This document shows, piece by piece, positions 1 through 9,302 of a stretch of 64,000 nucleotides of DNA. Position 1 is the stretch's first letter; each line of letters starts with the position of its first letter. Origin of the DNA: an uncultured Gemmatimonadaceae bacterium (GTDB lineage Bacteria; Gemmatimonadota; Gemmatimonadetes; Gemmatimonadales; GWC2-71-9). Location: NCBI GenBank assembly GCA_964638035.1, contig CAZWXD010000004.1, positions 17,239 to 81,238 on the forward strand, in the 5' to 3' direction. Made by a program: the position numbers and the translations under genes. Under the pieces are notes generated by a model, which worked only from the letters and a program-made list of their open reading frames with translations, made no database searches and was not told the origin of the DNA.

Positions 1-3000
1 GGGCGCGGGACTGCCGGCAGCGGCACCCATCCGCCCGCGAGCATGCACCCTCCACGGTGTCCCCGCGCCCGAACGGCTCTCGACCTGCCAGCGGCCCTCG
101 AGGTCATTGCGCCGCACCCTGACCTCGACACGTTCACCTTCCGGGACGATCAGTGCCTCCACGAACTCGACCTCCCGGAACCCCCATCCTGCGTGCGCCC
201 GTTCCCCGTCCTGCGCCTCTCGCCCACTCCCCAGTGCCTCGGCCACGCCGGCCAGGGCCAGGAACCCGGTGCCGGGCACCATGGGCTGGCCGCCGCGCAC
301 TCGGTGCTCGGCGAGGATCCAGTCGGTGCCGGCATCGAGCCGCCCGGTGAGCGCGTATTCCCGGGCGCTCAGGTGCACACGCCGGGTGAGCAGGGGATGC
401 GGGGTGGGTTCTCCCTGGAAGGGCGATGCCATGCCCAGCGACTCCGCCATCTCGGCGGCCATGCCGGTGTCGCTCCACGGTGCCCAGTTGACCGAGATGA
501 ACCGCGGGACTGCCCGGTCGCCACCCGCCGCGCGTGCGGCCTGCGCCTGCGCCCAGCCATCCATGAAGGCATTGGCGGCGGCGTAGTCGAACTGGCCCGG
601 CAGGCCGGCGAAGGCGCTGATCGAGGAGAAGAGCACCACGAAGTCAGCCGGCACGCCGTCGAGTGCCTGTGCCAGCGCCCTGGTGCCCTCCACCTTGGGG
701 GCGAGCACCTTGCTCGCTGCGCCGGCGGTGCGCACCTGCAGCGCACCGTCGTCAAGCACGCCAGCGGCGTGAAAAACGCCGTGCAGGGCGCCGAACTCGG
801 CCTGCGCCCGCTTCACCACCTCGCGCAACTGGCGCTGGTTGGTGACGTCGGCCTGCAGCACCAGGACCCGGGCGCCAGTGGACGACAGGTCGCGCACGGC
901 TTCGAGCCGCGCTGCGGCGGCGGCGCCATCAGTGGCGTTGGCGGTGCGCCCCATCAGGACGAGGCGCGCACGATAGTGCGTGGCCAGGTAGCGGGCCACG
1001 GCGAGGCCGATGCCTCCCAGGCCACCGGTGATGAGGTAGGTCCCCTCTTCCCGGAAGGCGGGGGTCGCAGGTGCAGTGAGCGGAAGCGGCTCGAAGCTGG
1101 GCGACCAGCGGTCGGGGCCGCGGAGCGCCACCAGGGCAGGCCCGCCGCACAGAATCTCGATGACGAGCCGTTCGACCTGTGCCGACGCGGGTCGTCCCAC
1201 GGGGAGGTCGACCACGCGAGCCTCGACCCCGGGAAGCTCGCTCGGGATGACCCGCATGGCGCCGCCCAGGGCGGCTTGCCAGGGGTCGATGGTGTCCTCC
1301 CCCGCCACCCGTGCCGCGCCGGCGGCGACCAGTACCATGGTCACCTCGCCCAGTTCCTCGCTGCCCACGGCCTGGGCCAGGGCCAGCAGGTGCTGGAAGG
1401 CCTGTGGTCCCTGCCGCCGGCGACGTCCCCAGGCCACGACGATGTGCCGCGGGGAGCGCCCGCGGTCGCGCAACGACGCGAGCAGTCGGGCCAGGTCTTC
1501 GCTCCGGTCGGGCGAGACGGTATAGCCATCGGGACCCGACTCCGTGAAGCGCTTCCCCGGCCGCGCCACGACGATGTCAGCACCCGCAGCACGGAGCTGG
1601 TCCACCAACTGGCGGGCGAAGGCGTCGCGCTCGGCGAGCACCAGCACGGGGCCGCGGGGCACCTGCTGCGCGTGCGGCGGCAGGCGGCGCCACGAGGGCT
1701 GCGAGAACCACTGCGCCACGTCGTGCTGCCGCTCGAGCACCGGCCGGCCATGCACGAGCGGGGCTGGGGCGCTGGTACCCGGCTCGACCCAATGACGCGT
1801 CCGCGCAAACGGATACGTGGGAAGTGCCACCCGCCGTCGCTGCCCATGCTGGACCCGCTCCCAGTCCACCGGCACCCCCAGGAGCCAGAGGCGGCCCAGC
1901 GCGGTGCGCAGGAAGGTGGCGTCATGCCCGCCCTCGTCGTGCGCCGGCATGGACGACAGGGTGGGCGACGCGGCGCCGGCTTGCAGCCGGGCGAGTGCCG
2001 CAAGGGTGCGCCCCGGTCCCACCTCCATCAACACACTGGTGCGATCGCCCGTGAGCGCCTGGATCCCCTCGCTGAACCGGACGGTCTGCCGCAGGTGCCG
2101 CACCCAGTACTCGGGGTCGGTCGCCTCCGCTTCCGTGAGCCAGGTGCCGGTGAGGTTGGACGCCACCGGAATGCGGGGCGCCTGCAGCTCCAGGCGCCGG
2201 ACGAAGGCGTGGAAGTCGGTGAGGATCGGGGCCAGCAGCGCCGAGTGTGCGGCCACGTTGATGCGGAGCCGGCTGGTCTCGAAGCCGCGCGCGGCCAGGA
2301 GCTGCTCCAGTCGCTCGATGGCAGGCAGCGTCCCCGAAGCAACCGCCAGCTCCGGCGCGTTGATGGCGGCGATGGAGAGGTCGGGCCCGAGGAGTGGCTC
2401 GAGCTCTGCCGCCGCCAGCGGCACGCTCAGCATGGCGCCGGGCTTCACCCCTTCGAAGAGGCGCCCACGCATCGTCACCAGGGCCAGTGCATCCTGGAGG
2501 GAAAAGACGCCAGCCAGGCAGGCGGCGGTGTACTCGCCCATGCTGTGCCCGATGAGGGCGGTGGGTACGATGCCCCATGCCTGCCAGCAGCGGGCCAGCG
2601 CCACCTGGGTGATGAACAGTGCGGGGAGCCCGAGCGATGGCTGTTCCAGCAGCCGCGCTGCCTCGGCCTCGGCGCCTGCCACGGGGAAGAGCGCTGAACG
2701 CACCTGGCCTGCATGGGCCGGCTCGAGCAGTGCCAGGCACTCGTCCACGGCGTCGCGGTAGGTGGCTTCGTGCTGGTAGAGGTCCTGCCCCATGCGCGGG
2801 TACTGGGTGCCACCGCCCGCGAACATGAAGGCAACGCTGCGCGGCTGCTCCGGTGCCTCCCCGGTGAACACCTGCCTGGGGTCGCGCACCGTGAGCCGGT
2901 CCGCGGCATCGGCCGCGGTGGTCGCGGCCACGATGCGACGATGCGGCATGGGCTCGCGGCCCACCTGCAGGGTCCATGCGCTGTCGGCGAAGGCTGGCGC

Positions 3001-4452
3001 ACCCGGCGCGCCCAGGGCCTCCACCAGGCGCTCCGTGGCGCGATCCAGGGCCTCGGGCGTCTGCGCCGAGAGCACCAGTACCTCGGGTCCCGGGACGGCC
3101 GCGGGCGCCGTGGCGGGTGCCAGGTACTCCTCCAGGATCACGTGTGCGTTGGTGCCGCCCACGCCGAGCGAGTTGACCCCGGCGCGCCGGGGCCCGTCAG
3201 AGGGCCAGGGGTTGAGTTCGGCGTTGACGAAAAAGGGCGTCTCGTCGAAGCGGCAGGCCGCGTTGGGGCTCGAAAAATTCAGGGAGGGCGGCAACTCACG
3301 GTGCCGCAGGGCCTGCACGGCCTTGATGAGGCTCATCACGCCGGCAGCGGTGTCGAGGTGGCCGATGTTGCTCTTGACCGACCCGATCCCGCAGAAGCCA
3401 CGGGCATCAGTGTACTGGCGGTACGCCTCGGTGAGGGCCGCCACCTCGATCGGGTCGCCCACCGGGGTGCCGGTGCCGTGCGCCTCGAGGTACCCGATGG
3501 TGCGCGGGTCCACGCCTGACACCGCGAGCGCCTCGGCCACGGCACTGGCCTGGCCCGGGATGCTCGGGGCAAGGTAGCTCACCTTGTCGGAGCCATCGTT
3601 GTTGACGGCGGTGCCCTTCACCACGGCGTAGATGGTGTCGCCGTCGGCGATCGCGTCCGCCAGCCGCCGCAGGGCCACCATCCCCACGCCACTCCCGAAG
3701 ACGGTGCCAGCCGCGTGGGCATCGAACGGGCGGCAGTGGCCATCCGGCGAGAGAATCTCGCCCTCGGCGTAGAGGTAGCCCTGCCGGTGCGGCAGCTCGA
3801 TGGTGACACCACCGGCAAGGGCCAGGTCACACTCGCCGGCCAGGAGGCTCTGCACCCCCAGGTGCACGGCCACGAGCGAGGTGGAGCAGGCTGTTTGCAC
3901 CGCGACGCTGGGCCCGCGGAGGTTGAACGCGTACGACACCCGGGTGGTGAGGAAGTCCTTGTCGTTCCCCGTGTGGCGCAGCAGGAACAGGCCCTCCGAC
4001 TCCACCAGCTCGGGGCGGCTCAGCAGGTTGAACGGGAGGTAGGCGTTGTGTCCCGAGCCGGCGAAGATCCCGATCGGCCCGCGGAACCGGCTGGCGGGGT
4101 GTCCGGCGTGCTCCAGCACCTCCCACGCGCACTCGAGCACCTGGCGGTGCTGCGGGTCCATGATGGAGGCCTCGTGCGCACTCATGCCGAAGAAGGCGGC
4201 GTCGAAGGCTTCCATGTGTTCCAGCGGGGCGCCGGCCGGTACGTAGCGCGGGTTGGCCAGGAGCGCCGACGGCACACCGGCGGCGCGCAGCTCCTCGACG
4301 GAGTAGCGCCGCACCGACTCCACGCCGTCGCGGACGTTTCGCCAGAAGGCATCCACATCCTGCGCACCGGGCACCCGGCACGCCATGCCGACGATCGCGA
4401 TGTCCGTGGCTGCCACGCCGCGGGTCGCGCCGTTGCCGCCGCTGGTGCTCAA
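1..4452 (-). CDS. Type I polyketide synthase, N-terminal part (KS-AT-KR-DH...). The ORF continues beyond the window start.
   Basis: Not in the ORF track because there is no stop inside the window; this is my own minus-strand translation. TTG at 4452-4450 overlaps the NRPS stop (TTGA) and gives MSTSGGNGATRGVAATDIAIVGMACRVPGAQDVDAFW, a KS N-terminus. KS active site TACSTSLVAVH (Cys codon 3886-3888). AT motifs GHSMGEY (Ser codon 2542-2544) and VAAHSALLAP (~2245-2270). Post-AT linker LPTYPF at 1807-1824. KR motifs TGGLGGI (1009-1029), GVLDDG and YAAANAF. DH-like HPLLTRRV (from 399) and LAEHRVRGGQPMVPGTGFL (His codon 304-306). Confidence 0.9.
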   Translation of the reverse strand, partial: MSTSGGNGATRGVAATDIAIVGMACRVPGAQDVDAFWRNVRDGVESVRRYSVEELRAAGVPSALLANPRYVPAGAPLEHMEAFDAAFFGMSAHEASIMDPQHRQVLECAWEVLEHAGHPASRFRGPIGIFAGSGHNAYLPFNLLSRPELVESEGLFLLRHTGNDKDFLTTRVSYAFNLRGPSVAVQTACSTSLVAVHLGVQSLLAGECDLALAGGVTIELPHRQGYLYAEGEILSPDGHCRPFDAHAAGTVFGSGVGMVALRRLADAIADGDTIYAVVKGTAVNNDGSDKVSYLAPSIPGQASAVAEALAVSGVDPRTIGYLEAHGTGTPVGDPIEVAALTEAYRQYTDARGFCGIGSVKSNIGHLDTAAGVMSLIKAVQALRHRELPPSLNFSSPNAACRFDETPFFVNAELNPWPSDGPRRAGVNSLGVGGTNAHVILEEYLAPATAPAAVPGPEVLVLSAQTPEALDRATERLVEALGAPGAPAFADSAWTLQVGREPMPHRRIVAATTAADAADRLTVRDPRQVFTGEAPEQPRSVAFMFAGGGTQYPRMGQDLYQHEATYRDAVDECLALLEPAHAGQVRSALFPVAGAEAEAARLLEQPSLGLPALFITQVALARCWQAWGIVPTALIGHSMGEYTAACLAGVFSLQDALALVTMRGRLFEGVKPGAMLSVPLAAAELEPLLGPDLSIAAINAPELAVASGTLPAIERLEQLLAARGFETSRLRINVAAHSALLAPILTDFHAFVRRLELQAPRIPVASNLTGTWLTEAEATDPEYWVRHLRQTVRFSEGIQALTGDRTSVLMEVGPGRTLAALARLQAGAASPTLSSMPAHDEGGHDATFLRTALGRLWLLGVPVDWERVQHGQRRRVALPTYPFARTRHWVEPGTSAPAPLVHGRPVLERQHDVAQWFSQPSWRRLPPHAQQVPRGPVLVLAERDAFARQLVDQLRAAGADIVVARPGKRFTESGPDGYTVSPDRSEDLARLLASLRDRGRSPRHIVVAWGRRRRQGPQAFQHLLALAQAVGSEELGEVTMVLVAAGAARVAGEDTIDPWQAALGGAMRVIPSELPGVEARVVDLPVGRPASAQVERLVIEILCGGPALVALRGPDRWSPSFEPLPLTAPATPAFREEGTYLITGGLGGIGLAVARYLATHYRARLVLMGRTANATDGAAAAARLEAVRDLSSTGARVLVLQADVTNQRQLREVVKRAQAEFGALHGVFHAAGVLDDGALQVRTAGAASKVLAPKVEGTRALAQALDGVPADFVVLFSSISAFAGLPGQFDYAAANAFMDGWAQAQAARAAGGDRAVPRFISVNWAPWSDTGMAAEMAESLGMASPFQGEPTPHPLLTRRVHLSAREYALTGRLDAGTDWILAEHRVRGGQPMVPGTGFLALAGVAEALGSGREAQDGERAHAGWGFREVEFVEALIVPEGERVEVRVRRNDLEGRWQVESRSGAGTPWRVHARGRMGAAAGSPAP

Positions 4453-7400
4453 CGCGGTTCCCGCCTCGCCTTTCGCTGGAGGGCGGCCCGCCGTGCCTCG
4501 CCGCGGGCCTGGACCTCCTGCAGGCGTGCATCGGGGCGGCCGCCACCCGCCAGGTGGGCAGCGAGGCCCCCGACGGTGGGGAACCGGAAGAGGTCGGTGA
4601 TGGTGAGCCCCTGGTCGGGGAACTCGCGCTGCAGCCGCCGGTGCACCTGCACCGCGAGGAGGGAGTGGCCGCCCAGGTCGAAGAAGTTCGCCTCGCGGCT
4701 CACGTGGGAAACCTGGAGGAACTCGCGCCAGATCCCGGCGATCGTTTCCTCCGCGGGGTTCGACGGACGCTGTTCAGGCATCAGCACTGGCGTGGTACCC
4801 GTGGCTGGAGGAGGGAGGGCCCGCCGGTTGACCTTGCCGTTGGGCGTCATGGGCAGCCGGTCGAGGGCCACGACGGTGGCCGGCACCATGAAGTCGGGGA
4901 GCAGGCGCCGCAGCGCACCGCGGAGCTGGGCCACGTCGCCTGGCGGCTGCTCGAAGACCACGTACGCCACGAGGCGCACGTCACCGGGACGGTCTTCGCG
5001 GGCCAGCACCACCGCTTCGCGCACGCCGGGGTGGCGCAGCACCTGCGCCTCGACCTCACCCAGCTCGATCCGGTAGCCGCTCAGCTTCACCTGCTGGTCG
5101 AGGCGGCCCAGGAACTCGAGGGTACCGTCCCGCCGCCAGCGCACCCGGTCACCGGTGCGATACATGCGGCCGTTCCCGAACGGATCGGCCGGAAACCGCT
5201 GCGCCGTGAGGTCGTCGAGGCCCAGGTACCCGCGTGCCACGCCCGTTCCGCCGATATGCAGCTCGCCCGGGACGCCGGGTGGGAGGAGCTGGTCGCGGGC
5301 GTCGAGCACGTAGCAGCGGGTGTTGGCGAGCGGCGTGCCGATGGGCACCGGGCGCTCACCAGCCTGGACGGTGTGCATGGTGGACCACACCGTCGTCTCG
5401 GTGGGCCCGTACATGTTGTGCACCTGTGGCCGCCGCCCACGCGCACTGCCGGTGACCTCGAGCAGCTCGTCAGCCAGGGCGTCGGTGAAGGCCTCCCCGC
5501 CCAGCAGCACGTGGGTGAGCGCCGACAGGGCGGCACGCGCGGCGGGATCTGCCAGCAGGAGGCGGGCGAGCGACGGCGTGCACTGCAGGTGGGTCACGCC
5601 ATGGCGCGCCACCATTGCGGCGAGGGTGTGCTGTGGCGTGCTCGCGGAGCGGTCGGCGCCGATGCGCTGCCTGAGCTGGTCGAGGTGCCCCAGGTGCTGC
5701 AGCGCCACGTTGGCCTCGATGCCGAAGTCCACGAGGCACGCAATCTCGTCCACCCCGATCGCCGAGAGCTGGTCCACCCGGGCAAGGCAGGTCTCGACCG
5801 TGCCGAAGAGCCCGCTCGTCTCGTAGTATCGCTCGAAGGCGTAGCTCAGGAGGTCCTCGCGCTCGCGGGCGCCCAGGGCGCCCACATCGAAGACCTCGCC
5901 CTGCTTGTCCTGTCGTGCCTGCTTGAGGGCCGGGAAGGTCGCCGCAAACTCCTTCACCAGGTCCACCGAGCTGTCCAGGTAGCGGCGGAGCGGCTCGCGC
6001 ACCACTTCCTTCACGCTGGCATCGGAATCGCCCACGAAGGTGTGCAGCATCAGCGTCACCTTCCCGCGCCCCGGATGGCCCGCCGCCCGCCAGGCCTGGC
6101 GGTAGCGTGCGAGCTTGGCCCCCAGTTCCTCCACGCTCTGGCCCAGCAGGTGGGTGAGCACGCCGGCGCCCAGGGTGCCGGCCTGGATGTACGTGTCCGG
6201 GTTCCCCGCGGCCGTGAGCCAGGTGGGGAGTTCAGGCTGCACCGGGCGCGGCAGGGTGCGCACGGTCACCGGCTTGCCCTGTGCGCCGGGAAACTCGATC
6301 GCTTCGCCGCGCCAGAGGCGGCGCACCACGTCCACGTCGCGCTGCATCACGGCGCGATGGTCACCATACACCTCGGGGCGGAGCACGAAGTCGTTGGGCT
6401 GCCACCCGGCGGCGAACGCGATACCCGCCCGGCCGCGCGACAGGTTGTCCACCACGGCCCACTCCTCTGCCACGCGCGCCGGGTGGTGCAGTGGAAGCAC
6501 CACGCTTCCGGCCCGCACCTGCACCCGCTCGGTGACGGACGCGACGGCGGCAGCGGTCACCGAGGGATTCGGGTAGATGCCCCCGAAGGCGTGGAAGTGC
6601 CGCTCCGGTGTCCAGACCGCCTCGAAGTCATGCGTGTCAGCGAAGCGCGCGCCCTCGAGGAGGAGCCGGTAGGTGTCCTGGCCATTGCCGTCGGCGCTGG
6701 CAAAGTAGAAGAGGCTGACCGAGGGTCGCCGGGCGGGCTCATTGGTGGCAGCGACCTGGCGGCCCTCGCGGTGCACGACCACGGTATAGCCGCGCGCCAG
6801 GGTCCAGAGGAGCTCCAGCACCGAGATGTCGAACGAGATGCTGGTGACGGCGAGCCAGGTGCCCGGCTCCCGGCCCAGGCGCTGGTCCATGGCGAGGAAG
6901 AAGCTCGCCACGTTCCGCCGCTCGAGCATCACGCCCTTGGGGCGCCCCGTCGAGCCCGAGGTGTAGATGACATAGGCCAGGTGGGCCGGGCCCGCGGGGC
7001 ACGGTGGTGGCGTGGCGGGACACGCGTCACCCAGCTGCACGGCCTCCGCGAACGTGAGGACCCGCAGGCCGGCAGGGGTCCACCCCTGCGCCTGGCCCAG
7101 CAGGAGCGCGGCGCCGGAATCCTGCAGCATCAACTGGAGGCGCTCCGGCGGATACGACGGGTCGAGGGGCACATACGCGGCCCCGGCACGCAGCACGGCG
7201 AGCATGGCGGTCACCATCTCGTTGCTGCGGTCCAGGAGCAGGGCCACGCGCACGTCGGGGCCCGCGCCCCGCTGCTGCAGCACATGGGCGAGGCGGCTTA
7301 CCTGCTGGTCGAGGTCGGCGTAGGTGACCTCGTCGCCCTCGCACACCAGTGCCACCCGGTCGGGGGTGAGGGCTGCCTGCCGGTGCAACCCGTCCTCGAG

Positions 7401-9002
7401 GTCGCCGGCAACCGGTGCGGCCGCGGGGTTCCACTCCACGAGGAGCCGGTGCGACTCGGCGTCCGAGAGGATCGGCATGGTCCCCACGGAACGCCCGGGC
7501 TGGGCCACCCATGCCCGCGCCATGCGGCCGACGCGATCCGCCAAGGCGGAGGCCGTCGCGGCGGACAGCCGACCCGTGTCGTAGAGGAGCCGTCCGCGCG
7601 TGCCGTCGTGGTGGAGCGCGAAGGTCACGTCGCTCCCCGCCACCGCGGCAACGGCGTCGGGGTCGCTGGCCACGACAATGGCAATCGGCAGCGAGCGCGA
7701 GAGCACGTGTGGAAGGGCGCGGAGGGCCGGGGTGCGCACCGCCAGGTCGGTGGCGTAGGTGAGGTGCCGGCGCACCTGGTCCAGGGCAGCATGCACCGCA
7801 CCCATCACGTCTCCGGGCGTGGCATCGAAGCGCAGCGCGAGGTGCAGCGGTACCTGTGCTGCGAGCCAGGGGGCCAGGCCATCGGTGAGCTGCTCGAGCG
7901 CGGGCTCGCGGTACTGCACGGTGAACTCCGACCGTCCCCGGATGCGTGCGAGCACCGCAACGATGACCGCTACCGCGGCATCAGCCGGTGCCACGTCACG
8001 CGTGGCAGGCAAGGCGCCCAGCTCGAATGGTATCTCAGCGACCTGGCCGCTCGCGGCACTGTTCGCCTCGGGGAAGGGCAGGGTGGCGGGCTGGGTTCGT
8101 GCCAGCTGTGCCGCCCACCACCGCTCGTGCGCGGCCAGGCGTGTCGTTTCGGCCGCCAGCCGCGCCATCGGCCCTGCGCCAACCAGGATCGAATCTCCCT
8201 CGCGGCAGTTGAACCGTGCCGCTGCCTCGCGGGCGGACACCGGCTCGCCCTCGAGCGTCCGGAACTGGGTGAGGCGCACGTCCTCGGTGCCGGTGGCCAC
8301 GATGACGCCCTCGTCGCCCACCGCAACGACGGTTCCAGGTGGCGCCCCCGAGCGGCGATCCAGCACCGCGACCTCAGGGACATGCAGCAGCACGCCGCTC
8401 ACGAGCGCCTTGGCCAGGCCCAGGGGATTGGCATAGGGGCCGGTGTCGAGCCCGCGGACCAGTGCGCTCACGGTGGCAGCCGGCCTGGTCCAGTCTATGG
8501 TGCCCCCCGCGGTCGGCCGGTCGGTGCTCGCAACCATGCGATGCGGCATGGCGCCGGTCCGGGTAGCCGGGGTCTCTCCCCGATCCAGCGCAGCGAGCAC
8601 CTCGCTGAATGTCTCGATGCCGGCTTCGAAGCAGCGGGTGTTGAGCGTCAGCGTGGACTCGGAAGCTGTCACGGCGAAGCGGCGCGTGGCGATGACGGGG
8701 CCGGCATCGGGCTCGGCGGTCATCCAGTGCCAGGTGATCCCGTGTTCCCGAGCGCCGTTCAGGATGGCCCAGGCAGGCGTGTTCACGCCGCCCAGCTCGG
8801 GCAGGGGTCCATCGTGGAAGTTGATCCCGCCGATCCGGGCAACGCGCAGGGCCGCACCGGAGAGCACCTTGAGGTTGCCGATGCTGAACATCACGTCAAC
8901 CGAGCCGGGAGTGAGCACTGCCTCGATCGTGTCGTGACACGGAATCCCATGCTCCCGGGCCCACGACTGCACTTCGGGCGTGGTGGTCACCACCCCTGCC
9001 AC
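4449..9002 (-). CDS. Non-ribosomal peptide synthetase module: formyltransferase-like domain, partial condensation-like domain, adenylation domain with an inserted luciferase-like monooxygenase, and PCP.
   Basis: Track ORF of 1517 aa. Residues 1-275 are Fmt/ArnA-like (NFHDGPLPELGGVN). A3 is AYVIYTSGSTGRPKG (aa 676-690) and A4 is FDIS (aa 724). An LLM-like insert spans aa ~745-1125 (nt ~5630-6770; FYFASADG, WTPERHF, LVDFGI). A5 is NMYGPTE (aa 1196); then YRTGD, GRLDQQVKLSGYRIELGE and PNGKVNR. PCP is FFDLGGHSL (aa ~1440). The GTG start at 9002 probably truncates the N-terminus (see findings). Confidence 0.9.
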   Translation of the reverse strand: MAGVVTTTPEVQSWAREHGIPCHDTIEAVLTPGSVDVMFSIGNLKVLSGAALRVARIGGINFHDGPLPELGGVNTPAWAILNGAREHGITWHWMTAEPDAGPVIATRRFAVTASESTLTLNTRCFEAGIETFSEVLAALDRGETPATRTGAMPHRMVASTDRPTAGGTIDWTRPAATVSALVRGLDTGPYANPLGLAKALVSGVLLHVPEVAVLDRRSGAPPGTVVAVGDEGVIVATGTEDVRLTQFRTLEGEPVSAREAAARFNCREGDSILVGAGPMARLAAETTRLAAHERWWAAQLARTQPATLPFPEANSAASGQVAEIPFELGALPATRDVAPADAAVAVIVAVLARIRGRSEFTVQYREPALEQLTDGLAPWLAAQVPLHLALRFDATPGDVMGAVHAALDQVRRHLTYATDLAVRTPALRALPHVLSRSLPIAIVVASDPDAVAAVAGSDVTFALHHDGTRGRLLYDTGRLSAATASALADRVGRMARAWVAQPGRSVGTMPILSDAESHRLLVEWNPAAAPVAGDLEDGLHRQAALTPDRVALVCEGDEVTYADLDQQVSRLAHVLQQRGAGPDVRVALLLDRSNEMVTAMLAVLRAGAAYVPLDPSYPPERLQLMLQDSGAALLLGQAQGWTPAGLRVLTFAEAVQLGDACPATPPPCPAGPAHLAYVIYTSGSTGRPKGVMLERRNVASFFLAMDQRLGREPGTWLAVTSISFDISVLELLWTLARGYTVVVHREGRQVAATNEPARRPSVSLFYFASADGNGQDTYRLLLEGARFADTHDFEAVWTPERHFHAFGGIYPNPSVTAAAVASVTERVQVRAGSVVLPLHHPARVAEEWAVVDNLSRGRAGIAFAAGWQPNDFVLRPEVYGDHRAVMQRDVDVVRRLWRGEAIEFPGAQGKPVTVRTLPRPVQPELPTWLTAAGNPDTYIQAGTLGAGVLTHLLGQSVEELGAKLARYRQAWRAAGHPGRGKVTLMLHTFVGDSDASVKEVVREPLRRYLDSSVDLVKEFAATFPALKQARQDKQGEVFDVGALGAREREDLLSYAFERYYETSGLFGTVETCLARVDQLSAIGVDEIACLVDFGIEANVALQHLGHLDQLRQRIGADRSASTPQHTLAAMVARHGVTHLQCTPSLARLLLADPAARAALSALTHVLLGGEAFTDALADELLEVTGSARGRRPQVHNMYGPTETTVWSTMHTVQAGERPVPIGTPLANTRCYVLDARDQLLPPGVPGELHIGGTGVARGYLGLDDLTAQRFPADPFGNGRMYRTGDRVRWRRDGTLEFLGRLDQQVKLSGYRIELGEVEAQVLRHPGVREAVVLAREDRPGDVRLVAYVVFEQPPGDVAQLRGALRRLLPDFMVPATVVALDRLPMTPNGKVNRRALPPPATGTTPVLMPEQRPSNPAEETIAGIWREFLQVSHVSREANFFDLGGHSLLAVQVHRRLQREFPDQGLTITDLFRFPTVGGLAAHLAGGGRPDARLQEVQARGEARRAALQRKARREPR

Positions 9003-9302
9003 GTCGTGGCCTGCGTGACGCAGGGCGTCGCCGCAATGAACCAGGAGGGATTCCGTTCCGATCAGGAGATGGGAGAGTCCCGGCAGGGTCAGGTCCTTGT
9101 CGTGATTGATGTTGCGCCCGGGCCACAGCGCCGCGCCTGGTCAGCGAAAACGTGCGTGGCGCGGGCCTGGCCACGGCGGTCGCAGTCCTACTGTGCGGCA
9201 GTGCCAGTTCCGGGCCGCGTGCCCGCTGAACTTGTGCTGCTGCAGCACGTTGGAAATGTACCCCGGACCGGCGACAGGACCACGGTGAAGCGTGGGCAAG
9301 GC

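Noticed and set aside
43-2697. 884-aa plus-strand ORF, the longest ORF at the left edge.
   Set aside because: It is Arg/Gly/Pro/Ala/His-rich with no recognisable motifs. It lies exactly antisense to a minus-strand frame that translates into clean AT, KR and DH domains, so it is a GC-driven shadow ORF.
9157-9172. TGGCGCGGGCCTGGCC, a possible -24/-12 element upstream of the deacetylase operon.
   Set aside because: The spacing is right but the -12 box is poor, and the sequence is just GC-rich. This is within chance expectation for this composition, so I did not list it as a feature.
4554-9302. First ~1580 codons of the 1906-aa plus-strand ORF 4554..10274.
   Set aside because: This part is antisense to the NRPS, which has unambiguous A/PCP motifs, and has shadow-ORF composition. 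Only the last 323 codons (the deacetylase) look real.
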